From NCBI GenBank assembly GCA_037446635.1, contig JBBIIG010000011.1, positions 311-64,310 on the forward strand: a stretch of 64,000 nt of DNA, written 5' to 3'. The position numbers and the translations under genes were made by a program. Under the pieces are notes generated by a model, which saw only the letters and a program-made list of their open reading frames with translations, had not been told where the DNA came from and searched no databases. Positions 35,710 through 45,819 of the stretch are shown piece by piece. Source of the stretch: a bacterium. GTDB lineage: Bacteria > Zhuqueibacterota > Zhuqueibacteria > Oceanimicrobiales > Oceanimicrobiaceae. Position 1 is the first letter of the stretch; each line of letters begins with the position of its first letter.

Positions 35710-37581
35710 TCAATTCTTAATCAAATCCTTCAACTTCTTGCCGGCTTCTTTCAGCCCCTTTTCTTTTTCAGCTTTGATTTTATTTTCTAACTCTTTTTTC
35801 TTGTCGTCCAAAAACGCCAGCTTGGAATTAATACCACTTTCGATGGCGGTTATTTCGCCCAAAATTTGATTTTCGAATTTGCTGACCGCCGCCAGCGCCT
35901 CCTGCTTTTTGGGAGCCACGAGGGCGTGCAATCGTTTTTCGATTTCCGCCTGCGCTGCTTTTACGGACTCGCCCAAGGCGCCTTTCATGCGCTCCGCCAG
36001 CACATTATCGATGTTCGAACCAATATGCAAACGCAAATTGTCCGGCGCGCCGCTGACGCGCGCCGAGAGGTTGAGCTGGTCGATAGAATGGAACACTCCG
36101 GAAGTAATTCGAGAAATAATGTCGTCGCGTTTGAGATGTTCCGCAAAGCCGAAGCTCACCGGCCGCGCTTCCAGCCCAAGTTGAAAATCGATTTGCTGGC
36201 CGACCAAACTAAAGCGGATGACGACGTCGGCGCGCTGCGCATCGATGCGGGAGGGGAGATACGGCCGCTCCGGCAGTTTAATGTCGCCCAATGGAATTCC
36301 GGAAGCTTTGATTTGAAAGCGCTCGGCCGGCGTCTCGGTGGTGTGATCGATTTCGCCGGTGAGCTGATAGGCGTTGGCATTGGGCAAACGCGCGTCCAAT
36401 TGAAAATTGAGCGGCTTGCCGTACACCGCTGGCTGCGAAGTGATGCCGGTCACTTTGCCAGCCAACCGAAAAACTCGGCTGGTGTCTTGCTGGTTGGTGG
36501 CGCCGCTGATGAAAATTTCTTCAATCAAAAATTTTGGTTTGGCTTCCTGAAGCGGGAAGTCGATATCCTGGCCTTCGAAACGCGGCGGGTTTTCCACTTT
36601 GCCGGCGCTGGCGAACTGCTGCAACTTTTGCGCTGCCGGCATGTACTCGCGTACTGTGTCGATGTACGGCAGCAGGTTGATTATTTGATCGACGATATTT
36701 TTGCCGAAGATCATGGCGCCGATGTTTTGCGGCGAGAAATCCGGCAAATTGGCTTTGCTCTTCACCGCGTTGAAATCGTCGGCGATCCAGTTGTCCACGC
36801 TGGCAATGGTGCTGGTGAATTGTTTGAAATCCTGGGTAGCGGAATTTTTCTTGTGCTCGAGATCTTTTTTGAAGCCGTTGAGCGTGTCGTAAATGCGCTT
36901 GGATTTGTCGAGCGCCGAAACGAGGTTTTCGACGCCTTTGATCTCCTGCGCGCGCAGCTCGTTGATCTGCGTCTCGATGCGCGCCAGCTCCTCCTTGGGA
37001 TCGAACTCGGCGATCGTCGCCCGCCAGCGCTGCTGGGTGGAATCGACCGTGAGCTTGAACGCCTCGAGGCGTTTCACCGACTGGATGTCGAAGAACGCCA
37101 TCAGGCTGTCCACGTTGATCTTCTGTTTCAACATGTTGGGGTCCAGCGCTGGCAGCGCCTCGACTTTTTGCTTGAGATTGGCGGTGATGTTTTGCATCCA
37201 TTCCGGCGGAGGTTCTTGCGGCCGCGGCGGCAGCGCGCCGTCGGTGGCGCGTTTGGTGCCGACGCGGATATCGGCAATCGTGATATTATTAATGATGACT
37301 TTTTTACGAGCCAGCGGCGCCGCCTCCATGTCGAACGCCATCTTGCCGGTTTCGAACAGGTTTTTCCAGGTGTCGTTGGGATTGGTCACCTGCAAACGGT
37401 CGAGAGAGATGGACAGCCCCACGAGGCTGAAATTCAAATTATCGATCTCCACCTTCGCGCCCACCATCGACTCGCCGGCGCTTTCAAGGCTGCTCTCGAT
37501 AAAGCGGTCGCTCAGCAAATAGGCGAGGCCCGCAACCAGCAAAACAATGACGGCCAGCGCAATTAATCCCTTTGGTCTCAT
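35710..37581 (-). CDS. TIGR03545 family (AsmA-like) protein
   Basis: N-terminal TM, GAKVEID, LQVTNP..W.NL; paired with TIGR03546. Confidence 0.85.
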   Translation of the reverse strand: MRPKGLIALAVIVLLVAGLAYLLSDRFIESSLESAGESMVGAKVEIDNLNFSLVGLSISLDRLQVTNPNDTWKNLFETGKMAFDMEAAPLARKKVIINNITIADIRVGTKRATDGALPPRPQEPPPEWMQNITANLKQKVEALPALDPNMLKQKINVDSLMAFFDIQSVKRLEAFKLTVDSTQQRWRATIAEFDPKEELARIETQINELRAQEIKGVENLVSALDKSKRIYDTLNGFKKDLEHKKNSATQDFKQFTSTIASVDNWIADDFNAVKSKANLPDFSPQNIGAMIFGKNIVDQIINLLPYIDTVREYMPAAQKLQQFASAGKVENPPRFEGQDIDFPLQEAKPKFLIEEIFISGATNQQDTSRVFRLAGKVTGITSQPAVYGKPLNFQLDARLPNANAYQLTGEIDHTTETPAERFQIKASGIPLGDIKLPERPYLPSRIDAQRADVVIRFSLVGQQIDFQLGLEARPVSFGFAEHLKRDDIISRITSGVFHSIDQLNLSARVSGAPDNLRLHIGSNIDNVLAERMKGALGESVKAAQAEIEKRLHALVAPKKQEALAAVSKFENQILGEITAIESGINSKLAFLDDKKKELENKIKAEKEKGLKEAGKKLKDLIKN

Positions 37582-38108
37582 GAGCCGAACTCCAGGTCGC
37601 GAATTTTGATATACCACTTAACCAAAATGTTGCCTTTGAGCGCCTTCATGAATTTCGACTGCTCCAACTTAGCAGCCCAGCGGTTGCGATAAGCGATGAT
37701 ACCTTTCTTGGTGAGGAAGTAAACCGGCGCTGCCAGAATGAGCGCAATCAGCAAACTGCCCATCACCACCGTGTTGTTGAAACGGGTAAACGGCGCGATG
37801 GGCCAGTTGTACATGGCCGTCCACAACGCGCGCAGATTTTCGATTTGCGCGAGGACGTAAAATCCCAAATTGTGAAAAACGGGATCAAAAATAAACGCCA
37901 CAAAACTGAAGAGGAAAATGGCGAAGAACACCGCGGCTAAATTTACTTTAGTTAAGATCGCGGCGGCGAGAATCAGCACGTTTTGCAGCGTCCAAAATGG
38001 CGAGAGCCCGATGACGAATCCCATAGCGAAGCCGCCGGCAATCAACCCCGGCGACTCCCCCGAGCGCAGCACTTTGATAAGCTTGCTGATGAATTGCAGG
38101 AAAAACAT
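37578..38108 (-). CDS. TIGR03546 family membrane protein
   Basis: SPGLIAGG, PFTRFNNTVVMGS. Confidence 0.88.
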   Translation of the reverse strand: MFFLQFISKLIKVLRSGESPGLIAGGFAMGFVIGLSPFWTLQNVLILAAAILTKVNLAAVFFAIFLFSFVAFIFDPVFHNLGFYVLAQIENLRALWTAMYNWPIAPFTRFNNTVVMGSLLIALILAAPVYFLTKKGIIAYRNRWAAKLEQSKFMKALKGNILVKWYIKIRDLEFGS

Positions 38109-38473
38109 GGTCTCCCTTCCCGGTAAGTTTCAGGCTGGAATATAGAATATTGAAAGGATTTAGTCAAAGAGTTTTTGGGGAGAGATTATCCTGTACTGCT
38201 GAATGCGTTTAACTCGCGAACTTAAATTTGAATCGGCTTTCTCCGCGTTTGTCATCAAATTTCAACACGCGTTTCGAGCCTATGCGGGATTCCTCAAACA
38301 TGCTCATGGTCCGAGTTTTGAACATTCGCAACTTGGTTGCAGCTAATCTTTGGACTACTTGAATAAGTAGGGAGAGTGTCGTTCTGTTACCGGATTTGGC
38401 GCTGAATCGTACTTCTAATATACAGACCTTCAAAAATTTAGTCAAAGAATTTTGTTGCTTAATGAATCTGTCC

Positions 38474-39949
38474 TCAGCCGCTCAGAACGCGCGCCAGACG
38501 CTGCACGCCTTTGTTGATTTCCGCTTCGGTGAATGCGGCGTATCCCAAAATCAGTCCCTTTTTGCGATTGGTTTTGAGACAATAATTGGATAAAGCGGGC
38601 GCCACCACCCCTGCTACTTTTAACCGCTCGGAGACGCGGCGATCGTCAACGCCGTTGGGCAGCCAGCCAACGAGATGCATACCCGCCCCCGAGGGGCGCA
38701 ATTCAAGCCGCCCCTGAAGTTGGCGCTCGGCCGCGGCGATGAGCGCATCGTGCCGCTGTTTGTACAGCGCCCTCATGCGGCGAATGTGGCGCCCGAAATG
38801 CCCCTCGGAAATAAATTGCGCTAACGCCGCCTGCTCCACGATGGCGCTGTGGCGATCGCTGCTGGACTTGGCCGACAAAAACGGCCCAACCAGGTCGGGC
38901 GGCACCAACATGTAACCCAGCCGCAACGCCGGAATCAGCACTTTGCTAAACGTTCCGATGTAAATTACCCGCTGCTGGCGGTCCAAGCCCTGCAGCGACG
39001 ACAGCGGCGGCCCGCTGTAGCGGTATTCGCTGTCGTAATCGTCCTCCAAAATCCAGGCGCCGGTGCGGTCCGCCCATTCGAGAAGTTGCAGCCGGCGCGT
39101 CAGGCTCATGGTGACGCCCAGCGGAAATTGGTGCGAAGGCGTGACATAAACCAGCCGCGCGTGCGGATCGAGTTTCACACCCGCGGCGACATCCAGCCCT
39201 TCGTCGTTGACGGGTACCGGCGTGAGGCGAATGCCCGCGCCCTGTAACGCTGCCCGTGCGCCGCGGTAACCCGGTTCCTCGAACCAGCAGGATTCGCCGG
39301 GGTCAAGCAAAACGCGAGCGCACAAATCCAGCGCCTGCTGCGAGCCATTGACGATGATGATTTGCTCGGCGTCGCAGCGGGCGGCGCGGGCGGTGCGCAA
39401 ATAAAGTGCGATCGCCTCGCGCAGGGGGCGATAGCCGGCGGCGTCGGCATATCCAAACGCTGTTTCCGGCAGCGTCCGCCACTGGCGAGTCAGCAATCGC
39501 GACCACAGCGCGAACGGAAATTCGCTGATGGCGGGCAGGCCGGACTGGAAAGGCACGAAGGACTCTGGCAGGCTCACGGCGCTGACGGAGGTTTTGGCAA
39601 TGGCTTGCCCGCGCTGGGAGAGCGTGCGCGGCGCAGTTTGGCGGCGCGGCTTTTTGAATTCAATGCGCAATTTCTCGGGCAGGGTTTCGGTGACAAATGT
39701 GCCCGAGCCGGGTTTTCCCAGCAGGTAGCCTTCGGCAAAAAGAAAATCAAACGCCAGCAGCACCGTGTTTCGCGACAGCCCCAATTCGCGGGCAAGAATT
39801 CGCGTGGGCGGCAGGCGCTGGCCCGGGCGAAGGCGGCCATCTAAAATTGCCTGCCGCAGGCAATCGTAAAGCTGGCGATAGAGCGGCGCGCCCGCGTCCG
39901 TTTTGAGCGCCAGGCCGGCGATCTGAAAATCGGTTTCGGTTTTTGCCAT
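38474..39949 (-). CDS. MocR/GabR family PLP-dependent transcriptional regulator
   Basis: GntR HTH (LPPTR..SRNTV), TPSHQFPLG, EDDYDSEY, GTFSK. Confidence 0.93.
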   Translation of the reverse strand: MAKTETDFQIAGLALKTDAGAPLYRQLYDCLRQAILDGRLRPGQRLPPTRILARELGLSRNTVLLAFDFLFAEGYLLGKPGSGTFVTETLPEKLRIEFKKPRRQTAPRTLSQRGQAIAKTSVSAVSLPESFVPFQSGLPAISEFPFALWSRLLTRQWRTLPETAFGYADAAGYRPLREAIALYLRTARAARCDAEQIIIVNGSQQALDLCARVLLDPGESCWFEEPGYRGARAALQGAGIRLTPVPVNDEGLDVAAGVKLDPHARLVYVTPSHQFPLGVTMSLTRRLQLLEWADRTGAWILEDDYDSEYRYSGPPLSSLQGLDRQQRVIYIGTFSKVLIPALRLGYMLVPPDLVGPFLSAKSSSDRHSAIVEQAALAQFISEGHFGRHIRRMRALYKQRHDALIAAAERQLQGRLELRPSGAGMHLVGWLPNGVDDRRVSERLKVAGVVAPALSNYCLKTNRKKGLILGYAAFTEAEINKGVQRLARVLSG

Positions 39950-39968
39950 CAGTATTCTCCGAAAAAAT

Positions 39969-40027
39969 TGGCTCTATGAATTTAGTTGAAAGTGGCTCTT
40001 TTGTCAATGCCAATTTTTAGGTATAAT
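39969..40027. promoter_or_regulatory. Candidate MocR operator and -10 box of the divergent operon
   Basis: TGGCTCT direct repeats at 39969 and 39993, inverted TGCCAAT at about 40008, TATAAT at 40022. Confidence 0.55.
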
Positions 40028-40061
40028 TGTCTGCTGAAATTTTAAACTTGGAGCGCAGATC

Positions 40062-40475
40062 ATGAATGAGCAACTGCAATATTATAAAAACAAACTGGCG
40101 TTTGAAATCGATTCCTGGGATCTGAGGGTTGCATTAGACAAGGGCGAAAACGTCATCGTGACCGATGCCCGATCCCCCGAGGCTTTTGACAACGAACACA
40201 TCCCGGGCGCCATCAACCTCCCGCATCGAAAAATGAGTGCGGAAACCACCAACCATTTTGACAAAACGGCGTTGATAGTTTCATACTGCGACGGCATCGG
40301 CTGCAACGCTTCAACCAAAGGCGCTTTGAATTTGGCGAAATTGGGTTTTCGGGTGAAAGAACTCATCGGCGGGCTGGATTGGTGGAAGCGAGACGGCCAT
40401 AAAACCGCGGGCCGGGCGGTCGGCGCTGCGCCTGCGGCGATTGCGTGTGGCTGTGACGATCACAAGCTATCATAA
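40062..40475 (+). CDS. Rhodanese-like protein
   Basis: DAR..F...HIPGAINLP, YCDGIGCNAS, LIGGLDWW. Confidence 0.9.
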   Translation: MNEQLQYYKNKLAFEIDSWDLRVALDKGENVIVTDARSPEAFDNEHIPGAINLPHRKMSAETTNHFDKTALIVSYCDGIGCNASTKGALNLAKLGFRVKELIGGLDWWKRDGHKTAGRAVGAAPAAIACGCDDHKLS

Positions 40476-40705
40476 ATTGGGGTGAGGATCATGTGCATCA
40501 ATCTTTTAAAAAACGGCGCGAGTTGGGCAAAAGAAAAAATCCTGATTCGCGCGTATGATTCGGCGTGCGCGTTGAAACAAGAAATTCGCAGCAAGATCAG
40601 CCAGCGCCAAAGAGAGAACTGGGAATTGTATTCGATGTCAACGCGCGGCCCATTTTTGACCCTGTGCTTTCGGAGGCACGAATAAGCGGGTTTCCCTCAA
40701 AAATT

Positions 40706-41623
40706 ATGAATTTGACTTTCTATTTAACAACCGTCTTGATTTGGGGCACCACCTGGATTGCCATTAAATTTCAGCTCGGAGTGGTGGCGCCGGAGCTTTC
40801 CATCGCCTACCGGTTCGGGCTGGCGTCGCTGCTGCTCACGGGCTACTGCCTGCTGCGCAAGTACTCCCTCAAATTCAGTTGGCGGCAGCATCTGGCGATG
40901 GCGCTGCAGGGGCTGCTGCTGTTTTCCGCCAACTATTTTTTGGTGTATCTCGCCAGCCAGTACCTCGCCAGCGGACTGATCGCGGTGGTGTTTTCCACCA
41001 TCATTTTGATGAACATCGCCTTCAATGTTTTTCTTTTTAAGAAATCGGTTCAGCAGCGGACTCTGATCGGGGCGCTGCTGGGCCTGGTTGGCATCGTGCT
41101 GGTTTTTTGGCCGGAGATCGTTGGGTTTGATTTGAGCAAATCGGGGTCGCGCGGCTTGCTGCTGGCGATCCTCTCCACCGCCATCTCGTCCTCGGGCAAC
41201 ATTGCCTCAGCGTATAACCAGAACCGCGGCCTGCCGATTGTGCAGTCCAACGCCATCAGCATGGCCTATGGAACCGGGTTGCTGTTGATGTTAGCGCTCG
41301 TTCGTGGAACCGCCGTCCGTTTCGATCCGGCGCCGGCGTACGTGCTCTCACTTTTCTACCTGGCATTGTTCGGCTCCGTGATCGCGTTTGGCGCCTACCT
41401 GACGTTGATTGGCCGAATTGGCGCTGATCGCGCGGCGTACGTCGCCATTCTTTTCCCAGTGATCGCGCTGGCCATCTCGACGGTTTATGAAAATTATCAC
41501 TGGCAGGCGCCGGCCATTTTGGGAGTGGCGCTGGTGCTGCTGGGTAACGTTTTTGTGTTGCTGCAGCCGCAGCATCTGCGGCTCATTAAAAACAGCTTTC
41601 GTAATGCTACCCGCCTGAAATAA
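40706..41623 (+). CDS. EamA/DMT transporter
   Basis: IWGTTWIAI, YRF, YLALFGSVIAF; about 10 TMs. Confidence 0.9.
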   Translation: MNLTFYLTTVLIWGTTWIAIKFQLGVVAPELSIAYRFGLASLLLTGYCLLRKYSLKFSWRQHLAMALQGLLLFSANYFLVYLASQYLASGLIAVVFSTIILMNIAFNVFLFKKSVQQRTLIGALLGLVGIVLVFWPEIVGFDLSKSGSRGLLLAILSTAISSSGNIASAYNQNRGLPIVQSNAISMAYGTGLLLMLALVRGTAVRFDPAPAYVLSLFYLALFGSVIAFGAYLTLIGRIGADRAAYVAILFPVIALAISTVYENYHWQAPAILGVALVLLGNVFVLLQPQHLRLIKNSFRNATRLK

Positions 41624-41732
41624 TTCTATTAAACAATAAGGATGAACTTTTTGGTGACGCGAGGCCGGCGCCGCCTCGAGTTGAAAGGTTCGTTATGCGA
41701 CTCGTATAACAAACTACAAATTTCCATGCACC

Positions 41733-42767
41733 TCAGAACGCGCCGCCATCCACATCCCGAATGAACCTGACCACTCCATCAAAATAGGTCTTCTGATCAT
41801 CATACATCGCCAGATGGCTGCCATTGGGACAGTAGAGGTAGCGGCCGTTCTGCACCGCGCTGGCCATCCATTCCATGTGTTTGGGGTCCATGGTGTCGTA
41901 CTGAGCGCCGATGACGAGGGTCGGCACGGCGATCTTTCCCAAATCGGCGGTGCGGTCCCATTTCACTAATTTACCGCTGGCGCCAAGCTCGCTCGGTCCT
42001 TGCATGAGCACATAAATGTTTGGGTTCAAATGTTTGAAAGCGCGATTCACCGGGTCGGGCCACTGCTCGAGCGGCATGCGCAGGATGTGATGAACGTAGT
42101 GATGCTCAAAAAGCAGCTCCATGTAGCGAGGATTCTGGTAATCCGCTTTTTTTTCAATGGCTTTGATCTCGGCCAGCGCGGCTTGATCCATGTCGGGCAT
42201 CAGCGCGTTCTCTGCATATTCGTTGTACGCTGGGATGCTGGCCATCATGTTGGAGATGATAAGTCCTTTGAGATGCTGCTGATACTTCAGCGCGTATTCC
42301 ATCGCCAGAATGCCGCCCCACGAGTGGCCGAGGAGATAAAAATTTTCCGGCGTCAATCCCAGCGCCTGGCGCACTTGCTCCACTTCCTCCACGAAGCGCG
42401 GCAAGTCCCACAGCTCCGAATCGTCGGGTTGGTCGCTGTAATAGGAACCGAGCTGATCGTAATAGTAATACTCGATGCCCGCCGCCGGCAAGTAGCTGTC
42501 GCACGCCTCGAAGTACTCGTGGGTTGCGGCCGGGCCGCCGTGCAGCAGCAGAACCTTGATGCGCGGATGGTTTCCGACGCGCTTCGTCCAAACCTTGAAC
42601 GTTCCCTTTGGCGTGTTGATGGGGATCAGCTTCACGCCGCCGCTCAGCACGTCGTCGCGGCCGCTGTTGTCGAAATAGGGTGCGGGAGTGGTTTGGTCAG
42701 AGGGGGGATTTTTAGTGCAGGCGTACCAAACCAAAGCACTGAGTACGAGCAAGAGGATTCGTTTCAT
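41733..42767 (-). CDS. Proline iminopeptidase-family (S33) hydrolase, lipoprotein
   Basis: LLHGGP, YDQLGS, GHSWGG, GSH. Confidence 0.88.
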   Translation of the reverse strand: MKRILLLVLSALVWYACTKNPPSDQTTPAPYFDNSGRDDVLSGGVKLIPINTPKGTFKVWTKRVGNHPRIKVLLLHGGPAATHEYFEACDSYLPAAGIEYYYYDQLGSYYSDQPDDSELWDLPRFVEEVEQVRQALGLTPENFYLLGHSWGGILAMEYALKYQQHLKGLIISNMMASIPAYNEYAENALMPDMDQAALAEIKAIEKKADYQNPRYMELLFEHHYVHHILRMPLEQWPDPVNRAFKHLNPNIYVLMQGPSELGASGKLVKWDRTADLGKIAVPTLVIGAQYDTMDPKHMEWMASAVQNGRYLYCPNGSHLAMYDDQKTYFDGVVRFIRDVDGGAF

Positions 42768-42975
42768 TAGTGAACCTCCTCGATCTTGTTTTTTTTTGAG
42801 ATGATCACCAGTTCCTGGAGAGACAACCAGAGGTTTTATACAAAAACCAGAAATGAATGTCAACAGAAATTTAGAGCAAATTATTAGAACCGTGGCGGTG
42901 GTAACCATCAAAATTATTTCTTGAATCTCTACTTTTTATTGAATAGATTGCATTAAAATCGTCGCGGAGGTAGCC

Positions 42976-43547
42976 ATGTCTATCAATCAGAGGTCTTCTA
43001 TCTCACCACAAGCTGTAATTGAACTGATTAGCCAGATGACCACTTATGAGAAAGAGGAACTTTCCAAACTTCTCGACTTGAAATCAATGGAAAAACCGAT
43101 CAACCCGAAAATGGTTGCCGTCGCGGCAATCCCAAATTTTATTTAGGCACGACCCCCAAAGGCTTGAACCTTGAAATTCCCGTCGAAAAGTTTGCGGCGG
43201 TTTTTCTGCTTTTTCTAGAAGAGATATCTCCCAAAAAAATTGAAATCTCCTCAAGTTACCGAGGTGAGTTTAAGGAAGAGCAGTTCGCTTTGGTGGCATT
43301 TCAAAATCTCATGAAATCTGAGCCGGAATATTTTCGTGATCGTAACGCCTTGATCGAGATGGACGAAAATGAAATCGTTTCCAGCGGTGGTGAATGTTTG
43401 TCGATTATTTTAAGCCCAGCTATGATGCGTAAACGCAATGAATTGGCGTCCAAGATTGCAGCTGCCTGCGGATATACCCATCAATTCAAACGAGGGCAAT
43501 TTTATGCAATCGTTTGGGAAGATGAAATGGAGATTAGAGAAAAATGA
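42976..43547 (+). pseudogene. Hypothetical protein, apparently frameshifted between about 43050 and 43146
   Basis: GGAGG-ATG at 42976 gives 56 aa (stop 43146); an overlapping -1 frame is open from 43050 to 43547. Confidence 0.45.
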
Positions 43548-43768
43548 AGAAAATCGTGAAGAGCACAATCAGCTTTTACAGGTTGCTCATTGAACATAGC
43601 CTAAAGCCCTATGAACCCTCTCCACAGCACTTGCTAAAAAGAATGTTGCTGCCGCTTTGCGAACAGTTCAATATTCTTGTCAAGCATAGTACTAAGAACG
43701 ACGCCTGGAACATCATTCAAGGATTTTCCACCGAATGCCAGACCTTAAAACAAGAATCAAAAATCTGA
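43544..43768 (+). CDS. Hypothetical 74-aa protein (possible fragment)
   Basis: ATGA coupling to the previous ORF; AT-rich. Confidence 0.5.
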   Translation: MKKIVKSTISFYRLLIEHSLKPYEPSPQHLLKRMLLPLCEQFNILVKHSTKNDAWNIIQGFSTECQTLKQESKI

Positions 43769-43953
43769 ATTGGCAACGAACTGCGTTGAGTCTTTCCCCA
43801 TCCTGATGCACCGCTGCAATTTTTCTTGATTTTTTTATCCCGATCGGTTATTTTGCCCACCGATATTTAGTCCCGACGCTTCGGGTGAAGCGCCTCTTAT
43901 CAGAAAATGGTAAGCGGCGTTTTGTATGATCAGCCGATTCGTTTTGGAAAATA

Positions 43954-45495
43954 ATGACAACTCAAAAACCTTATGATACTATCATCATCGGCAGCGGCTT
44001 CGGCGGCGCCATGACGGCGCACGTGCTGGTGAACGCCGGTTGGCGCGTGCTCATGCTCGAACGCGGGGACTGGGTGCCGCGCGGTCCGCATAACTGGGCC
44101 GCCGACGCCTCCGTGGATTTGACGCCCTACTACTCCACCGAAACGCCATATCGCGTGTTGGCCGGCGGCAATCGCAAAATTATGGGCGGGTACCACTGCG
44201 TCGGCGGGCCATCGGTGTTTTACGGCGCGGTGTCGATGCGGCTGCGGGAGGCGGACTTCGTGCCCGCGCCGGAGATCGTCGGTGATTCTGGCGCGGAGTG
44301 GCCGTTTCGCTACGCCGACCTCGAACCCTATTACTCCCGCGCCGAAAGCATCCTCAATATTGCCGGCGAGGCCGGACAGGATCCAACGGAGCCGCGGCGG
44401 TCGTCGGCTTATCCACAAGCGCTCAACCATCTTTCCCAAACCTCACAAAAAATTCAAACGGCGGCGCTGCGGCTCGGCTACCGCCCCTTTCGACTGCCGC
44501 TGGCGATTAATTATTCGAATCAGGATACCCAGCAACTTTGTATCGCATGCAACACCTGCGATACCTTTGCCTGCGCCATCAACGCGAAAAATGACATCGC
44601 CACACGCGTGCTTCCTGAGCTGATCAAGAAAGGATTGGAATTAAAACCCAATGCCGTGGCGCTCAAACTGGTGCCGGTGAAAGGCCGCATCCTCGGCGTG
44701 GAGTATTTCGACAAAACCACCGGCGAAATTGTGCGCGAGGAAGCCAATACTTTCATTCTATCCGCGGGCGCGTTGGCCTCGCCACATTTGTTGTTAGCTT
44801 CGGGGCTGGAGAAATTCAATCCCGGCGGCGAGGTCATCGGCCGCTATTTGACGCGCCACTGCAACGCCATCGCCTTCGGATTTTTCCCCAAAAAACATCC
44901 GGTCGAATTTCAAAAACAGCTTGGTCTTCACGATTTTTATTTCGGGCATCCCAGCATCAAAAAACCCGCGGGCAAATTGGGCAGCATGCAGCAGTTGCAG
45001 ACCCCGCCGATTGGATTGGTGCACGAAATCGTGCCGCGGCCGTTCGGAAGAATTTTAGGACTCGGCGTGCCGCACTTGACCGGCCTACTGGTGATGGCTG
45101 AGGATCAGCCGCGCTACGATAATCGCGTGGCAATCGATTGGACGCACCGCGATCGCTTCGGGCTGCCGCAGCTGCTCATCAGCCATCGTTACACTCGCCG
45201 CGACCGCGCCGCCCGCGACGCGCTCTTAGCCAAGGCGAAAGAAATTTTGAAAGCCGCGGGCGCGTGGTTTTGCTATGTGCATCATATCAAAACCTTTTCG
45301 CACGCGGTGGGCACCGTGCGCATGGGCCGCGATCCCCAAACCTCGGCCCTCGACGCCAATTGCCAATTCCGTGGCCTCGATAATCTGTTTGTGGTTGACG
45401 GCAGCTTCATGCCAACTTCGGGAGGACTCAACCCGAGCCTCACGATCTCGGCGAATGCATTACGAGTAGGAGAGTTTATTCGGAAAACGATATAG
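43954..45495 (+). CDS. GMC family oxidoreductase
   Basis: IIGSGFGG, VGGPS, HAVGTVRMG, VVDGSFMPTSGGLNP. Confidence 0.92.
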   Translation: MTTQKPYDTIIIGSGFGGAMTAHVLVNAGWRVLMLERGDWVPRGPHNWAADASVDLTPYYSTETPYRVLAGGNRKIMGGYHCVGGPSVFYGAVSMRLREADFVPAPEIVGDSGAEWPFRYADLEPYYSRAESILNIAGEAGQDPTEPRRSSAYPQALNHLSQTSQKIQTAALRLGYRPFRLPLAINYSNQDTQQLCIACNTCDTFACAINAKNDIATRVLPELIKKGLELKPNAVALKLVPVKGRILGVEYFDKTTGEIVREEANTFILSAGALASPHLLLASGLEKFNPGGEVIGRYLTRHCNAIAFGFFPKKHPVEFQKQLGLHDFYFGHPSIKKPAGKLGSMQQLQTPPIGLVHEIVPRPFGRILGLGVPHLTGLLVMAEDQPRYDNRVAIDWTHRDRFGLPQLLISHRYTRRDRAARDALLAKAKEILKAAGAWFCYVHHIKTFSHAVGTVRMGRDPQTSALDANCQFRGLDNLFVVDGSFMPTSGGLNPSLTISANALRVGEFIRKTI

Positions 45496-45504
45496 GGCAA
45501 TGAA

Positions 45505-45746
45505 CTTACTTTGGACTGCGCGAGCCGCGCTCGCGCCTTACTTTGGACTGCGTGAGCCCTGCTCGCGCCTTACTTTGGACCTTACTTTGGACTGCGCGAG
45601 CCGCGCTCGCGCCTTACTTTGGACTGCGCGAGCCGCGCTCGCGCCTTTACTTTGGACTGCGTGAGCCCTGCTCGCGCCTTACTTTGGACTGCGCGAGCCC
45701 TGCTCGCACCTTTACTTTGGACTAGGTGAGCCCTGCTCGCGCCTTA
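45505..45746. repeat. Tandem array of 32-33-bp hairpin units (7 full plus partials)
   Basis: Unit CTTACTTTGGACTGCG(C/T)GAGCC(GC/CT)GCTCGCGC; no unique spacers. Confidence 0.95.
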
Positions 45747-45819
45747 ACGCCCACAGCTAATTGAAGATTGGAATTTATTTGAAATTTTTCTTTGAAGTTT
45801 GTGATTTGACAAAAATACC

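Noticed and set aside
35866..37566. Long antisense ORFs (also 31332-32816, 54825-56375, 56451-57356)
   Set aside because: Shadows of well-supported genes caused by codon bias; no motifs.
38190..38445. 78-aa ORF or structured RNA between TIGR03546 and mocR
   Set aside because: No RBS, motif or convincing fold by eye.
45505..45746. CRISPR array
   Set aside because: Units abut with no unique spacers; no cas genes or leader.
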